DNA of 64,000 nt from an uncultured Methanosarcinaceae archaeon (GCA_963847185.1 CAWJYV010000007.1:320001-384000); one strand, 5' to 3'. Shown: positions 34,530-46,350, counted from the stretch's first letter. The notes: a model not told the origin generated them from the letters alone. A program made the numbers and translations.

Positions 34530-35203
34530 TCTTGGCCCTCAGTACCCTGTTTTTTTACCCGTATAACGACACTGTCTCCATCTTCCAAATTCAAGGCATC
34601 TCTCAGTTTTACCGGTGCAATGATCTCAATCAAATCTGAGGGGTAGTGTGTTCTTTCAGGTGCGATTACGGCAGCATCTATCCCGCCGATACTAACCAGA
34701 TAGCAGTTTCCGCCTCCGAAAGTGCGTTCTCCGTCATTGAAGCCATCTATCCTGACAGCTGCCATTTCTTTTAGTTGAGTTCGAAGGGCCAAACTGTCTT
34801 CGGAAAGTTTCACATTTAAGGTTCCGGGAAATGGTATGAAATGCAATTTTTCCTCAAATTGTTTCTTGTATCCCGGGATGTTAACATAATATTGACCCTC
34901 ACCCAGGCCCTTAAGCACGTTTCCTCCAAGCTCCAGGAACTTGGATTCCGGAGAGAAAATACTGCTGTATTCCAGATATTCATTTTTAAGAATTTCAATT
35001 CCTTTTTTGGTCATCTTTATCAACTGGCCGCCGGGTACGATCTTTCTTTCGATCAGCCCCTCTTCTTCCAGCTGCTTTATTTTTCTTGCCGCGGTTTTGG
35101 AGCTTGCCCCGGTATGTTTTTTAAACTCACTCGAAGAGACCTTAATGGTTCTATTCGCTGCTCCAATAAGAGCAAGTTTCTTCAGGTGTTCAATGTCAGG
35201 CAC
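34526..35203 (-). CDS. ribK: HTH-containing CTP-dependent riboflavin kinase/regulator (RbkR/RibK)
   Basis: N-terminal wHTH, then GLGEGQYY, PFPGTLN, PERTHY, EIIAP..LR; GTG start at 35203 after GAGGGG. Confidence 0.9.
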   Translation of the reverse strand: MPDIEHLKKLALIGAANRTIKVSSSEFKKHTGASSKTAARKIKQLEEEGLIERKIVPGGQLIKMTKKGIEILKNEYLEYSSIFSPESKFLELGGNVLKGLGEGQYYVNIPGYKKQFEEKLHFIPFPGTLNVKLSEDSLALRTQLKEMAAVRIDGFNDGERTFGGGNCYLVSIGGIDAAVIAPERTHYPSDLIEIIAPVKLRDALNLEDGDSVVIRVKKQGTEGQE

Positions 35204-35223
35204 TGTCGGCACCCCTCTTAATT

Positions 35224-35249
35224 TTGAGATGCATCTCAATAATGAGATG
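35224..35249. promoter_or_regulatory. Overlapping palindromes upstream of rbkR-ribB (candidate operator)
   Basis: TTGAGATGCATCTCAA (perfect 16-mer) overlapping CATCTCA-ataa-TGAGATG. Confidence 0.55.
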
Positions 35250-35389
35250 ATAATCTATGCAATTCATTATAATAAAACTTTTGATAGCCAGTGCCTCTCC
35301 GGAAAAAGGAAGGGGTGTTCCTGCGGCCATATAAAAAGTTTTACCAAACATTTATATATTTTCAATTAGATTTTGAGACTGGACTGGCC

Positions 35390-35884
35390 ATGACACAAAA
35401 TCTCAATATTGAATGCCCCTCATGTTCTCCTGAAGAGAGAGTATCCCATGAACTGATAAAACTTGGAAAAAGCCCCTTAGTACACTGTCTGCAGTGCGGG
35501 CTTGTGTATGTTGCATCAGGTGTAAATATCCCTGAAAAAATAAGTGTCAGAGTTTTTGTAAACAGGATAGAACATCCTTTCACACGCTGGGTAAAGCTAA
35601 GTGCAGGCGAAGTTCTTTCCGAAGATGAAGAAATTGTTCTGGATAATGTGAATACTTCAGGTGACAATCCTTTTATCATAACTTCTCTCCAGGTAGGAGT
35701 CAGGCGCGTACCTTCAGCTCTGGCTGAGGAACTTGACACAATATGGGCGAGGCCTCTTAACGAGATTACCTTTGGAAGAAAAAAGAAAATGAGGGTAAAA
35801 CATCCAGTAATCTCTGGAAATATAGGTTCTACTATCGAAATTTCCGCTCCTTCTACTGGTCTACAGGTAATGCAGGACGACTGA
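35390..35884 (+). CDS. HVO_0476-like zinc-finger protein, diverged paralog
   Basis: [13 protein letters not shown]......V.C..CG and IWAR...EIT shared with the downstream gene. Confidence 0.7.
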   Translation: MTQNLNIECPSCSPEERVSHELIKLGKSPLVHCLQCGLVYVASGVNIPEKISVRVFVNRIEHPFTRWVKLSAGEVLSEDEEIVLDNVNTSGDNPFIITSLQVGVRRVPSALAEELDTIWARPLNEITFGRKKKMRVKHPVISGNIGSTIEISAPSTGLQVMQDD

Positions 35885-36269
35885 TTTGCAGGGCTTTTAG
35901 TTTTCCAGGTGGTTATTTAGAAATTCTGCAGATTTTACTTTATTTTCTGCTTTCAGTTCTTTGAAGTCTTTTTTGCCTTGTATTCACAGAAATCCCTTTT
36001 TTATTTTCAATTTCTTCAATTTCTGGGCTTGTCCGCGAGTTATTGATCAATTACGAAAAAGCGAGTATATTCCCCGTATTTGAGATAAATGTAGAAAGAG
36101 TATTGTGCTTATGTTTTTCAATAAGTCATGCCCATTACCCAATTTCTCTTTTACGTTTAATCTCCCAAGGCTTCTTTTCCCTTAATTTTTCCCTGCAGAA
36201 TACCTTTGGAAAAAACACCACCGGAGAAGTTAAGTATTTAGTATTTTGAATCCATCTATTGATCAGACC

Positions 36270-36905
36270 ATGATGAGAGAAATTGAAGTTGAGTGCCCTT
36301 CGTGTTCCCCTGAAGAAGAAGTAGGGCATGAAGTTTTGAAAGAAGGACAGAGCCCTACAGTCCGTTGCCTTGAGTGCGGGCAGGTACATGCGGCGAAGAT
36401 AAAAACTCCAAAAACTGTCAGTTTGAAGGCTATAGTCAGCAAGGTAGATATTACGAATACCTACAAAACTGAACTGGATTCCGAGACTGTCCTTGAGGTG
36501 GATGACGAGCTGGTTGTAGATGATGAGGAAAAAGGAGTAGTGTACCCTATCCTGATTACTGCAATTGACGCAGGAGGAAAAAGGGTTCTATCGGCTAAGG
36601 CAGAAAACATCGAAGCAGTCTGGGGCAGAGCCATAGATGAGATTACGGTAAAATTCTCCGCACAATCAGGGACTGAAAAAACGGAAGTTATCGAAAAGAA
36701 GGTTTCTGGAGATTATGAATTTGTTGTAGGAGCAGAAGAAAAAATTGGAAACAAGCGTCTTTTCATAACCAAAATCAAGGTTAGAGATGGGGTATTCAGG
36801 TCAAGAAAAGGCGACGTTGTACTTGCAAAATACGTAAAAAGGATTTATGCAAGAAAGAAATGGGAAGGTTCGGGTCAGCGTGATTTTAAAAGGGGACCTT
36901 GGTGA
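36270..36905 (+). CDS. HVO_0476-like archaeal zinc-finger protein
   Basis: [17 protein letters not shown]...[11 protein letters not shown]-terminal AKYVKRIYA. Confidence 0.8.
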   Translation: MMREIEVECPSCSPEEEVGHEVLKEGQSPTVRCLECGQVHAAKIKTPKTVSLKAIVSKVDITNTYKTELDSETVLEVDDELVVDDEEKGVVYPILITAIDAGGKRVLSAKAENIEAVWGRAIDEITVKFSAQSGTEKTEVIEKKVSGDYEFVVGAEEKIGNKRLFITKIKVRDGVFRSRKGDVVLAKYVKRIYARKKWEGSGQRDFKRGPW

Positions 36906-37584
36906 AGAACGAAATAGGAGAGAAAAAGAAGAAAAAGAATTCGAATATTTGCGCAGGCTTCTCGTAGAGGGGCTTGAAGGTACTGTAACCGATGAAAAAG
37001 TGCTCAAAGCCATGCTCCGTGTTCCCAGGCATAAGTTTGTTCCAGAGTATGAGCAAAGGGCAGCCTATACTGACAGGCCTCTGGAAATCGGATGCGGGCA
37101 AACAATCTCCGCCCCTCACATGGTTGCTATCATGTGTGAAATCCTGGAGTTGTCTGAGGGACATAAAGTCCTTGAAGTGGGGGCAGGCTCAGGGTATAAT
37201 GCTGCAGTGATGGCAGAACTTGTAGGAAAAAGCGGACATATATACTCCGTGGAACGCGTAGAGCCCCTTGCAAATTTTGCAAGGAAAAACCTGGAAAAAA
37301 CAGGGTATGATAATGTCACAGTATTACTTGAAAATGGATCAATGGGGTATCCACATTATGCACCTTATGACAGGATAACTGTGACATGTGCGGCTCCATA
37401 CATTCCTGAGCCTCTCCTCGAACAATTAAAGCCTGGGGGAATAATGGTGATTCCTGTTGGAGATAATTATTCCCAGGAGCTTTTTAGAGTTAAAAAAGAC
37501 TTCAAGGGCAATACATATAAAAAAAGAAAAAATTGGGTCGTTTTTGTGCCTTTGATTGGAAAACATGGCTTCCGAAAGAGCTGA
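36847..37584 (+). CDS. pcm: Protein-L-isoaspartate O-methyltransferase
   Basis: [47 protein letters not shown]; exact start uncertain. Confidence 0.93.
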   Translation: MQERNGKVRVSVILKGDLGEERNRREKEEKEFEYLRRLLVEGLEGTVTDEKVLKAMLRVPRHKFVPEYEQRAAYTDRPLEIGCGQTISAPHMVAIMCEILELSEGHKVLEVGAGSGYNAAVMAELVGKSGHIYSVERVEPLANFARKNLEKTGYDNVTVLLENGSMGYPHYAPYDRITVTCAAPYIPEPLLEQLKPGGIMVIPVGDNYSQELFRVKKDFKGNTYKKRKNWVVFVPLIGKHGFRKS

Positions 37585-37729
37585 GAGTGCAGAAAGTTCA
37601 GTGTAAAAAAAGAGAAGAAATAACTTGAGCAAAGAAGAAAAATATCTCGATGTAACAATGTAAAAGAGTTATATAATAATGTAAAAGAATTTAATAAGGT
37701 ATTAATAAGTGTGGGATTAACTATCTACC

Positions 37730-38194
37730 ATGGACATCGATATCTATGAGGACTTTGAACAAATTCATGTCAAAGATGTCTACATAGTCGATGTTTTCAC
37801 AGATCCCACACCTGTGGTTCTTCTAGAAAATATGGGGGGGGATATGCTTCCAATATATATAGGCCACCTTGAAGCCCTTTCAATAGGAAATGTGCTTAAA
37901 AATAGATCTCCCCCCAGGCCCATGACCCATGATCTTATGATCAACATTTTCGAGAGAATGGATATAAAGATAGAAGGCGTTTTGATAGACGATAAGGTAG
38001 ATAAAATCTATTACGCCCGCCTCCTTATAAAAAAGGACAATAATATCATGCAGTTCGATGCAAGACCAAGCGATTGCATTGCTCTTGCGCTTCGTGCTGG
38101 AGCTCCAATAAGGATCAGGAAAAAGGTTCTTGAATGTTCTGAAGTGGAGATGTCCAGACTTGAAGGTGCTCGTGTGATGAATATTTTTGGATGA
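37730..38194 (+). CDS. Bifunctional nuclease (DUF151) family protein
   Basis: LPIYIG..EA.SI, PRPMTHDL, YYARL, DARPSDCIALA. Confidence 0.9.
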   Translation: MDIDIYEDFEQIHVKDVYIVDVFTDPTPVVLLENMGGDMLPIYIGHLEALSIGNVLKNRSPPRPMTHDLMINIFERMDIKIEGVLIDDKVDKIYYARLLIKKDNNIMQFDARPSDCIALALRAGAPIRIRKKVLECSEVEMSRLEGARVMNIFG

Positions 38195-38419
38195 CGACGA
38201 TTAATTCTTTTTTCTTCAGGCCAATTCTTTCTCCTCAGGCCCTAAAATGATTTTTAAATAAATCCAATTTCCACATAATCGCAGGAATTATTTTCGAATT
38301 CATTTGCGGCTTTTTTTAATTTTATAGCGTAACTCTCTTTAAAAAGATTAAAGCTCACAGGTTGCTACCAGGTTAATTCAGATAAGCTTTTAATAACAAT
38401 TAAATTTATTATCCCTTAG

Positions 38420-39241
38420 ATGCTCACCAAAAGAATCATACCATGCCTTGATGTTACCCTTGACAGAGCAGGCGGCTGTGTTGTTAAGGGTGTGGAGTTT
38501 GTGGACCTGAAAGAGGCCGGGGACCCTGTGGAACTCGCCAAACAATATAATGAGGCGGGAGCAGATGAACTCGTTTTCCTGGATATTACTGCTTCCGTTC
38601 ATGGCAGGGAAACCATGATCGATGTAATTGAAAGGACTGCAGATGAGGTTTTTATCCCTCTTACGGTTGGAGGCGGGATAAGTTCAATTGATGCCATTCG
38701 CCAGATTCTCAGGGCCGGAGCTGATAAGGTTTCTGTTAATACCTCTGCAGTTAAGAACCCTTACTTCATCAAAGAGTCCTCAGACATCTTCGGAGCCCAA
38801 TGTATTGTTACTGCTATCGATTGCAGGCGAAATTACGATGTGCAGAATAATCCAGACAAGACTATTCTGGAACTTGAAGACGGGACTCCTGCCTGGTACG
38901 AGGTAGTTATCTACGGAGGCAGGCAAGCCACAGGAATTGATACAGTCCAGTGGGCTAGAAGGGCAGAAGAACTGGGTTCAGGAGAAATCCTGCTTACAAG
39001 TATGGACAGAGACGGAACATATGCCGGTTACGACCTGCCTATTACAAGGAAGCTCTCCGAAGAACTGGATGTCCCGATTATAGCTTCAGGAGGAGTTGGA
39101 AACCCTCAGCATATCTATGAAGGCTTCTCTATGGGGAAAGCAGACGCGGCCCTTGCGGCAAGTATTTTCCACTTCGGAGAATATTCAATAAAACAGGTCA
39201 AAGAATATTTGCAAGAAAGAAAAATTCCTGTAAGATTATAA
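38420..39241 (+). CDS. hisF: Imidazole glycerol phosphate synthase cyclase subunit
   Basis: [47 protein letters not shown]. Confidence 0.97.
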   Translation: MLTKRIIPCLDVTLDRAGGCVVKGVEFVDLKEAGDPVELAKQYNEAGADELVFLDITASVHGRETMIDVIERTADEVFIPLTVGGGISSIDAIRQILRAGADKVSVNTSAVKNPYFIKESSDIFGAQCIVTAIDCRRNYDVQNNPDKTILELEDGTPAWYEVVIYGGRQATGIDTVQWARRAEELGSGEILLTSMDRDGTYAGYDLPITRKLSEELDVPIIASGGVGNPQHIYEGFSMGKADAALAASIFHFGEYSIKQVKEYLQERKIPVRL

Positions 39242-39373
39242 GTTCAAAAAACACAAGTTCAAAAATTAGAAATTGGGAAAAAGGTCCGGAAAGCAATATT
39301 TAACAACAGTATTGAAAAGATTGAAACTAGGTAGAGATACAGATCAAAAAGATAGTTGGAGGGGGAAAGAAAA

Positions 39374-39661
39374 ATGGAAATCAATGAATTTCAGAAGCTG
39401 ATGTACGAACTCTATGCCCACAATGACAGGAGAAGGGGAGGCAAAGCCACCATGCTCTGGCTGGTTGAAGAAATTGGAGAACTCGCCGAGGCTATTCGTA
39501 GAGAAGAGCCCGAAAATATAAAAGAAGAGCTCGCAGACTGCTTTGCCTGGATAGGAGCGCTTGCCAACCTCTATGGGGTGGATCTTGAAGAAGCGTTTCT
39601 GAAAAAGTACCCTGGCGTATGCCCAACCTGCAGACAAAAGCCCTGTATATGTACTGATTGA
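39374..39661 (+). CDS. MazG-like NTP pyrophosphohydrolase
   Basis: WLVEEIGELAEA...EELAD, C-terminal CPTC..PC.C. Confidence 0.9.
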   Translation: MEINEFQKLMYELYAHNDRRRGGKATMLWLVEEIGELAEAIRREEPENIKEELADCFAWIGALANLYGVDLEEAFLKKYPGVCPTCRQKPCICTD

Positions 39662-39866
39662 GCCTTCCCTTGCTTAATCATCCTTAACTGTATTTTATTC
39701 CGTGAAGCTCCAGACAAAAAGCAATTTCATATTTACATGAGCCTGATTTTCTGGACTTCTTTTTTATATCTACTCTATCATATTTTGAGATACTTTTTTA
39801 TTTCTTAGAAGCAATATCTTATTCGGAATTCTTATCAGGATTATTTATTTATTGGGGTAATCGAAG

Positions 39867-40268
39867 ATGTTGGAAACAGAAACTAGGGAATTTCTTGAGA
39901 GTTTGCAATTGAAGATCCTGAACAATACCGGCGAGGACCTTGTACTTCAGGCTGAGAAAATTGAGAAGGGGAAATTCAAAAAGGGTCATCAGGCTCCAGC
40001 AAAAATAGAAGCTTATGAAGAGAAAGGATTTGAACTCATTGCGTGCGAAGGAAGCTGTGAAGGCGGAGCTGATATTGAAGGCTGGGTGAAGTATGGGATA
40101 GGGTGTTCGGAAGGGTATTGCAAGATACATTTCAGATACACGGGAAAGATAGACAAAGTTAGCTATTCCTGTGAATGTCATCTGCACGACGGAAAAATGC
40201 TCTGTGAAGTCTCAAAAGATAAGAAGGATGAAAGAATCATATCGTGGATAATCGGGCCAAAAGCGTAA
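39867..40268 (+). CDS. Hypothetical protein, aegerolysin/Cry34-like beta-sandwich pattern
   Basis: I.NNTG..L.L....I..GKF...P..I...G.EGWVKY pattern recognised by eye. Confidence 0.55.
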   Translation: MLETETREFLESLQLKILNNTGEDLVLQAEKIEKGKFKKGHQAPAKIEAYEEKGFELIACEGSCEGGADIEGWVKYGIGCSEGYCKIHFRYTGKIDKVSYSCECHLHDGKMLCEVSKDKKDERIISWIIGPKA

Positions 40269-40480
40269 TCCTGAAAACTCCTGACAGATTATGTCCTGTT
40301 CGATACACTTTTAATAATTCATTCTTTTTATTATTTTTACAATTTATTATGCGAGTCTAATTACTGCAAATCTAATTACTGCAAATCTGTATTTTAGTAA
40401 CCATTTCATTCTCAAGTTTGGCTATCTGTACCATGTGAGGATCCCAAAGCTTAATTAGGGCAGGCTCTGTAATCCATCTG

Positions 40481-43042
40481 ATGAAGCCTGAAAAACCGGA
40501 ACTGCTGGCTCCAGCCGGCGGTATGGAAGCCCTTATTGCAGCCGTAGAAAACGGAGCTGATGCTGTATACCTTGGAGCCCAGGCTTTCAGTGCGCGGGGG
40601 TACGCATCGAATTTTTCGGAAAAAGAGCTTGAAGAAGCCATTGATTATGCGCATCTCAGGGGCGTGAAAGTCTACGTAACTGTAAACACTCTTCTTAAGG
40701 ATGAGGAAATTATAAGGGCCCTTAAACTTCTTTCCCGCCTGAGAGAGATGGGAACAGATGCAATTATTATTCAGGACCTGGGGCTTATTTCTCTTTCAAG
40801 GAAATATCTTCCTGGTCTTTCATTGCATGCGAGTACACAGATGACACTGCATAATAGCGAGGGAGTTAAATTTTTAAAAGAAATGGGGTTCGAAAGAGTT
40901 GTACTTTCGCGGGAGTCTTCGATTGAAGAGATAAAACAGATTAAAGAAAAAAGTGAGGCTGAAATAGAAGTCTTCATACATGGCGCCCTTTGCATTTCCT
41001 ATTCCGGCCAGTGCCTTCTTAGCAGCCTTATAGGGGGAAGAAGTGGAAACAGAGGATACTGTGCCCAGCCGTGCCGCAAAAAATACAGGTTGTACTGTGA
41101 AGGAAAACAGATCAAAACAAGCGGAAACTATCTCTTAAGTCCAAAAGACCTTAACACAAGCTCAGGCATTGGAGCTCTTATAGAAGCCGGAATTGAATCC
41201 TTCAAAATAGAAGGTCGGATGAAGAGGCCGGAGTATGTCGCAGGGATTGTCAGAATCTACCGTCGCCTTATTGACAGATATTTGGAAAATCCCGCAGGAT
41301 ATTCTGTTTCCGAAGAAGAGCAGGAAACACTCACCCAGCTTTTTAATCGAGGTTTTACTCAAGGCTATTTCTTTGAAAACCCGCTTGGAAAGCTCATGAG
41401 CAGAGAGAATCCTCATAACCGTGGAATTCCTGCAGGCAGAGTTCTCGGCTATGACAGGTGTTCAGGCCGTATCAGTGTAAAACTTTCAAATTTTCTCCGG
41501 CTGGGGGATGGGATAATGGTAGAAAACGCAGATTCCAGGCCCGAAGATAAGGGGAAAATCATATCCGCAATGTATACCGAAAAAGGGCCCGTCTACAGTG
41601 CAGGGAAGGGTGACGTAGTAGAGATTCCTTTTGATTCAAGAGCTTCATCAGGAAGTACAGTGTACAGGACGCATTACAAAAAGCTAATGGATTCCCTTAA
41701 AAAAGAAAGCGAATCAGGAAGCTTGAGGACTAAAATTCCGGTATTCATAACTGCAACCGTTACATCAGGAAAGCCTGTGAGACTTGAGATGAAAGATATT
41801 GATTCAAACGCAATAACAATCGAATCCGAATATCTCGTTGAAAAAGCAGAAAAACAGCCTACATCAAAAGCCCAGATTGAAAAACAGCTATCAAAACTGG
41901 GAAACACTCTTTTTGAGGCGGCAGAACTCCATGTGAATATTGAAGGGGATGTTTTTATCCCTATGGGACAGCTTAACGAGCTTAGGACAAAAGCAGTCCT
42001 GCAGCTTGAGAACCTGCGGATATCAAGGTGGAAGCGAAAACCTCTTCAAGACCTGAAAATTCCTGAGCCAGAAGAAAACCTTGAGCCAGAAGAGAAAATA
42101 GGCAAGAGAGAAACGCAGGGAGAAAAAAATGTTTCCGAAAACCTCTCACAGCGTCCTCTGCTCTCAGTTTCAGTGTATTCGCTGGAAGGGCTTGAGGCAG
42201 CGCTTGCAGGAGGAGCAGACTGCATCTATTTCGGAGAAGGACTTTTCAGAAGCCCGGAAACAACAGGACAAAACATAAACTTTGAAAAGGATTTTGGTCT
42301 TATTTTCGAAAAAGCTGTTATGGAAACCCGGGCCGCAGGCAGAAAAATCTATTTTAGTACTCCAAAAATTGTAAAAGACTCCGAAATGAAATCAATTGAA
42401 AAAATCTGCTCTTTTATAGAGAAAATGGAAGCAGACGGTATTATTGTTTCAAATCTTGGGACCTTAAATCTTGCAAAAGAGAGGAAAATTTCTTTTATTA
42501 CAGACAGTCCCTTGAATATTTTAAACAGTCTCAGTTTCTCCATGCTTTTGAATGAAGGAGCTAAAATGGCTGTAATCTCACCTGAATTGACACTCGATGA
42601 GATTAAAGGAATTGCTTCTAGCGGGCCTGCAGAATGTATTGTCCACGGGCGTCTGGAACTGATGGAATCCGAACATTGTCTTGTAGGGGGGCTGCTTGGA
42701 AAAGAGAAGGGACAATGTACTGCTCCCTGCAGGTCAGGAAACTTCAAGCTGGTAGATGAGAAAAACTACGAGTTTCCTGTGCTTATGGACTCTCAATGCA
42801 GAATGCATCTCCTTAATTCAAGGGTTCTCTGTATGCTTGAATATATCCCTGAATTTATTAAAAACGGAATCTCAAGCCTCAGGATAGAAACTCTTGGAAT
42901 GGAAAATACCGAAGAAATAAAGAAAGTAACTCTGGCATACAGAAAAGCTATTGATGGGTATCTTGAAGCCGGAAAGCAGGGGAAAGAAAAGTGTGAAGGA
43001 AAAAGTTTTACTGCAGGGCATTATTTCAGGGGTGTGCAGTAA
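40481..43042 (+). CDS. Peptidase U32 family Fe-S protein (long RlhA-like form)
   Basis: ELLAPAG, HASTQ, EVFIHGALCISYSGQC...RSGNRG.CAQPCR, KIEGRMK. Confidence 0.9.
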   Translation: MKPEKPELLAPAGGMEALIAAVENGADAVYLGAQAFSARGYASNFSEKELEEAIDYAHLRGVKVYVTVNTLLKDEEIIRALKLLSRLREMGTDAIIIQDLGLISLSRKYLPGLSLHASTQMTLHNSEGVKFLKEMGFERVVLSRESSIEEIKQIKEKSEAEIEVFIHGALCISYSGQCLLSSLIGGRSGNRGYCAQPCRKKYRLYCEGKQIKTSGNYLLSPKDLNTSSGIGALIEAGIESFKIEGRMKRPEYVAGIVRIYRRLIDRYLENPAGYSVSEEEQETLTQLFNRGFTQGYFFENPLGKLMSRENPHNRGIPAGRVLGYDRCSGRISVKLSNFLRLGDGIMVENADSRPEDKGKIISAMYTEKGPVYSAGKGDVVEIPFDSRASSGSTVYRTHYKKLMDSLKKESESGSLRTKIPVFITATVTSGKPVRLEMKDIDSNAITIESEYLVEKAEKQPTSKAQIEKQLSKLGNTLFEAAELHVNIEGDVFIPMGQLNELRTKAVLQLENLRISRWKRKPLQDLKIPEPEENLEPEEKIGKRETQGEKNVSENLSQRPLLSVSVYSLEGLEAALAGGADCIYFGEGLFRSPETTGQNINFEKDFGLIFEKAVMETRAAGRKIYFSTPKIVKDSEMKSIEKICSFIEKMEADGIIVSNLGTLNLAKERKISFITDSPLNILNSLSFSMLLNEGAKMAVISPELTLDEIKGIASSGPAECIVHGRLELMESEHCLVGGLLGKEKGQCTAPCRSGNFKLVDEKNYEFPVLMDSQCRMHLLNSRVLCMLEYIPEFIKNGISSLRIETLGMENTEEIKKVTLAYRKAIDGYLEAGKQGKEKCEGKSFTAGHYFRGVQ

Positions 43043-43091
43043 AAAAGTCCAGTATCTGGAAACAAATCAAAAAATGGAAAAGTGAGTCTAT

Positions 43092-43559
43092 ATGGAAATA
43101 ATAGAAGTAACGGCGAAAACCCATGTTTCGGGAATGGGAAGCCCGAAAATATTCCTGTCTGGCTCAATCCGCGGAGGAAGACAGCTTCTGGAAACGTACA
43201 GGCTAATGTGTGATATTCTGGAAGAAGCAGGAGCCGAAGTGCTCAGCTGGCATGTTGCAGACACAGAGCTGGAAAAAGTAGAATCGAAAATGACAGAAGA
43301 AGAGATCTACTCCAGAGATATGAGCCTGCTTGTAAAAAGCGATGCCCTGATTGCCGAGGTTACGGTACCTTCCACGGGGGTAGGTTACGAAATTTGCCGG
43401 GCTCTTATCAATGGAATTCCCGTACTCTGCCTGCACAGGCCGGATGCAGCAGTTTCGGCAATGGTTCTGGGAAATCCGGACCCCTTAATTAAAGTACAGG
43501 CTTATCCGAACGAAACTATACTTAAAAAAAGTATTATTGAATTTGTCAGGGCTCTCTGA
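43092..43559 (+). CDS. Nucleoside 2-deoxyribosyltransferase / DNPH1-like hydrolase
   Basis: [30 protein letters not shown]. Confidence 0.88.
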   Translation: MEIIEVTAKTHVSGMGSPKIFLSGSIRGGRQLLETYRLMCDILEEAGAEVLSWHVADTELEKVESKMTEEEIYSRDMSLLVKSDALIAEVTVPSTGVGYEICRALINGIPVLCLHRPDAAVSAMVLGNPDPLIKVQAYPNETILKKSIIEFVRAL

Positions 43560-43702
43560 AGATAAGAAGTGTGAATTAGCCTGTATCTCTTAATGAAAAG
43601 ACAATAAATTCCTTTTTCAAACCACAGAATGTAACGCTATAACGGTTTATCATTATAAAACTGGGTGATAATTATAAATAAGTTAAGCTCCTAGTATAAC
43701 CC

Positions 43703-43960
43703 ATGATAGTTGGAATCACAGAAATTTTTGTATTGATTCTGGCAATTGTAGTAGCCTTTTTAATATATAAGCTCCTCAAGACCGCCACAAGCCTTGCAAT
43801 AAACGCAGTTCTTGGAATCCTGGTCCTGATCGCGGCAAAGTTTATACTCGGACTGGAAATTGCAATCACCTGGCTAGCAATTATTATCTGCGCAATAGGA
43901 GGCATTTTCGGAGCATTTATTATAATCATATTGAATTATCTGAAATTGGCCTTTGTATAA
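43703..43960 (+). CDS. Small membrane protein (BofA-like)
   Basis: 85 aa, three hydrophobic segments, INAVLG...IGGIFG pattern. Confidence 0.7.
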   Translation: MIVGITEIFVLILAIVVAFLIYKLLKTATSLAINAVLGILVLIAAKFILGLEIAITWLAIIICAIGGIFGAFIIIILNYLKLAFV

Positions 43961-44053
43961 ACAGTAAAAAGTAAAATCCTACAATTGCGGGAAATGTTGA
44001 AAGCAGGACTACATATTCATTTAAAAGTCTCGAATCCTTCCGGGAAGAAAAAT

Positions 44054-44737
44054 TCAAGGCTTTCGAAAGATTCCTTTTACCATATGCCTTCTGTAAGTTT
44101 CTCCCCTGAATATCTTTTCTTTTATTACGTTTTCCAGCTCAACAATTTTAAAGTCCTTGAAAATTGATCTTACTTCTTCTTCAGTAAAGTAGTGATAGAT
44201 TATTCCGTTTTGTCTGACAAATGTATTTTCTTCAAAAGGGATTGAAGGTTCTCCCCCACAGCGCATATCTCCACGGCCGAAAGCCTCGAAGAAAAGAACG
44301 CCTTTCTCCCTGAGCACTCTTCTGAATTCTCCAACAGCAGATGCCCTTTCTTCTTTGAAAAGGTGCTGAAGCACACCATAACAGAGAATTCCATCAAAAG
44401 CTTGAGCTTTGAAGGGAAGGTCAGAAATGCTTGCTTCCAGGTTTTCGGCAAACCTGCCACTTCTTGCAAGCTGGGCCCTTGAACTGCGCAGGGCAGTCAA
44501 AGAAATATCTACTCCTACTGCAGAATAGTATCTTGCAAGTTCTCCCAGGTATCTGCCGTTTCCAGAACCTGCATCAAGGATTCTGGACTTTGGAAGCAGA
44601 TAAGCCTGCAAGTCTTTAACAGATGCAGGCCCTCCCCATTTGAGATGGGAGTATTCTCTATCCCAGGCAAGGAAGTGCTCTTTTGCAGAATTTGCCTTGG
44701 AAGGGAAAGTATGAAACTCCGATTTATCCGTGTTCAT
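44054..44737 (-). CDS. Class I SAM-dependent methyltransferase
   Basis: [18 protein letters not shown]...FD. Confidence 0.88.
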   Translation of the reverse strand: MNTDKSEFHTFPSKANSAKEHFLAWDREYSHLKWGGPASVKDLQAYLLPKSRILDAGSGNGRYLGELARYYSAVGVDISLTALRSSRAQLARSGRFAENLEASISDLPFKAQAFDGILCYGVLQHLFKEERASAVGEFRRVLREKGVLFFEAFGRGDMRCGGEPSIPFEENTFVRQNGIIYHYFTEEEVRSIFKDFKIVELENVIKEKIFRGETYRRHMVKGIFRKP

Positions 44738-46350
44738 CCATCTTTCCCTGGTCTGTAGATTGAAGCTTCTTCAAACCTTTTCACAAGGAATTCTGTCTCA
44801 AAAGAAGAGAGGAACCAGCCAGCTTTCGGACCCGAACTCTGCCCCAGTATTGAGATGTAAATGGCTTTGAAAAGGTCTTTTGGGTCTATCTGCGGTAAAG
44901 CCTGAGTGTTCAATTTTTCAGCAATCAGTTTGTTCAGCTCGGAACCTTCCTCTTTTGCGGAATAGACAAGTATATGGTATTCTTCTCCGCTTGTTTTCTC
45001 TCTGGATTTGATAAGAGCTGCAAACGCCCCAAGAAAGGCTTTCTGGAGTTCAGAAAGGGTTGCTGCCTGCACAGGCACCTTTTCTTTTACACTGAACTTC
45101 GCGAATGGCGGAGCATAGAGTTCAAGCCATCTGGAAACGTTATTTACAAGTTCCTTTATGCATTTTTGATTTTCAGTGGAAAAGTCTGAACGCTGTACGA
45201 TTTTCAGGATCTGCTCAGAATTTCCCCTGGCAACCTGATAAATAGTAACCATCTGCTTGAAAGGAATCTCAGAATGGCAGATTCCCGTTGCCCTGGAGAG
45301 TTCGTAGATTCGCTTTTCAAAAATCCCAACGGAAGGATCATTTTCTCTGAATTGTGCCCGAAGGCGTTCGTATTCATCCACAAGAGTAAGCAGAGGCTGT
45401 CCCGGATCAAACTGGATGTGCTTTTCAGGTTTTGTACGGATTATCAGGTAGCGAAGGACCTCTGGAGGCACTACCTCCAGCATATCTGAAATAGAAACAA
45501 CAACGCCTGTGGAAGAAGACATTGCCCCTTGTTTTCCGAGCATTATCCATTCATAAACAACAGGATATGGAGGTTCATGCCCGTAGATTTCTCTTACGAT
45601 CCGTTTTCCGGTATCGTAGGAACCTCCTCTTGAGGCATGATCTTTGCCGAAAGGCTCAACTGTCACCCCAAGGACTGCCCAGCGAGCAGGCCAGTCAACA
45701 CGCCATGTAAGCTTGCCCCCTCCTGCCATTGGCACGGTTCCGGAGTGCCCGCAGGCACAGACATAGTCCACAGTTTCAGCTTTCAGATTAAAACCCGTAA
45801 CCTTCGTAGTTGTAATCTTGCCGCATTCTTTACATCTGGGGTTAAAAGGGCTCCAGTCTTCTGCTACGGTTTTTCCGGAAACTTCTTCGAGGATTTTTGC
45901 AATGGCATCTCTTTTTATAAGGGCAGTTTTTATCGCGTCTGTGTACTTGCCTTCCCTGTACATCTCGTCTGCCCTGTAAACCCTGGGGTTGATCCCCAGA
46001 CGCCTGAGAGCTTCAAGGAAAGGTTGCAGAAAATGCTCGGCATAGTTTGCGCAGTCTCCGCAGGGGCAGGGAACTTCGGATATGGGTTTTCCAACGTGCT
46101 CTGCGTAACTTTCAGGTAAAAAGGGGTAAACCTTACGCAGGGGGTCATAATTGTCGGCGATATAGATGAAATCCGCGTCTGGCCCCTTATCAAGCAGAGC
46201 TCTATAAACAGCATCGGCAGTCACTACTTCTCTCATGTTGCCTATATGAATGTGGCCAGAGGGAGTGATTCCTGTGGCAACAAGATGTTTGCCGCTTTTT
46301 TTTGACACATCTTCAGCTATGACATCTGCCCAGTGTATTGTATCAGCCAT
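44734..46350 (-). CDS. lysK: Class I lysyl-tRNA synthetase
   Basis: [39 protein letters not shown]. Confidence 0.95.
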   Translation of the reverse strand: MADTIHWADVIAEDVSKKSGKHLVATGITPSGHIHIGNMREVVTADAVYRALLDKGPDADFIYIADNYDPLRKVYPFLPESYAEHVGKPISEVPCPCGDCANYAEHFLQPFLEALRRLGINPRVYRADEMYREGKYTDAIKTALIKRDAIAKILEEVSGKTVAEDWSPFNPRCKECGKITTTKVTGFNLKAETVDYVCACGHSGTVPMAGGGKLTWRVDWPARWAVLGVTVEPFGKDHASRGGSYDTGKRIVREIYGHEPPYPVVYEWIMLGKQGAMSSSTGVVVSISDMLEVVPPEVLRYLIIRTKPEKHIQFDPGQPLLTLVDEYERLRAQFRENDPSVGIFEKRIYELSRATGICHSEIPFKQMVTIYQVARGNSEQILKIVQRSDFSTENQKCIKELVNNVSRWLELYAPPFAKFSVKEKVPVQAATLSELQKAFLGAFAALIKSREKTSGEEYHILVYSAKEEGSELNKLIAEKLNTQALPQIDPKDLFKAIYISILGQSSGPKAGWFLSSFETEFLVKRFEEASIYRPGKDG

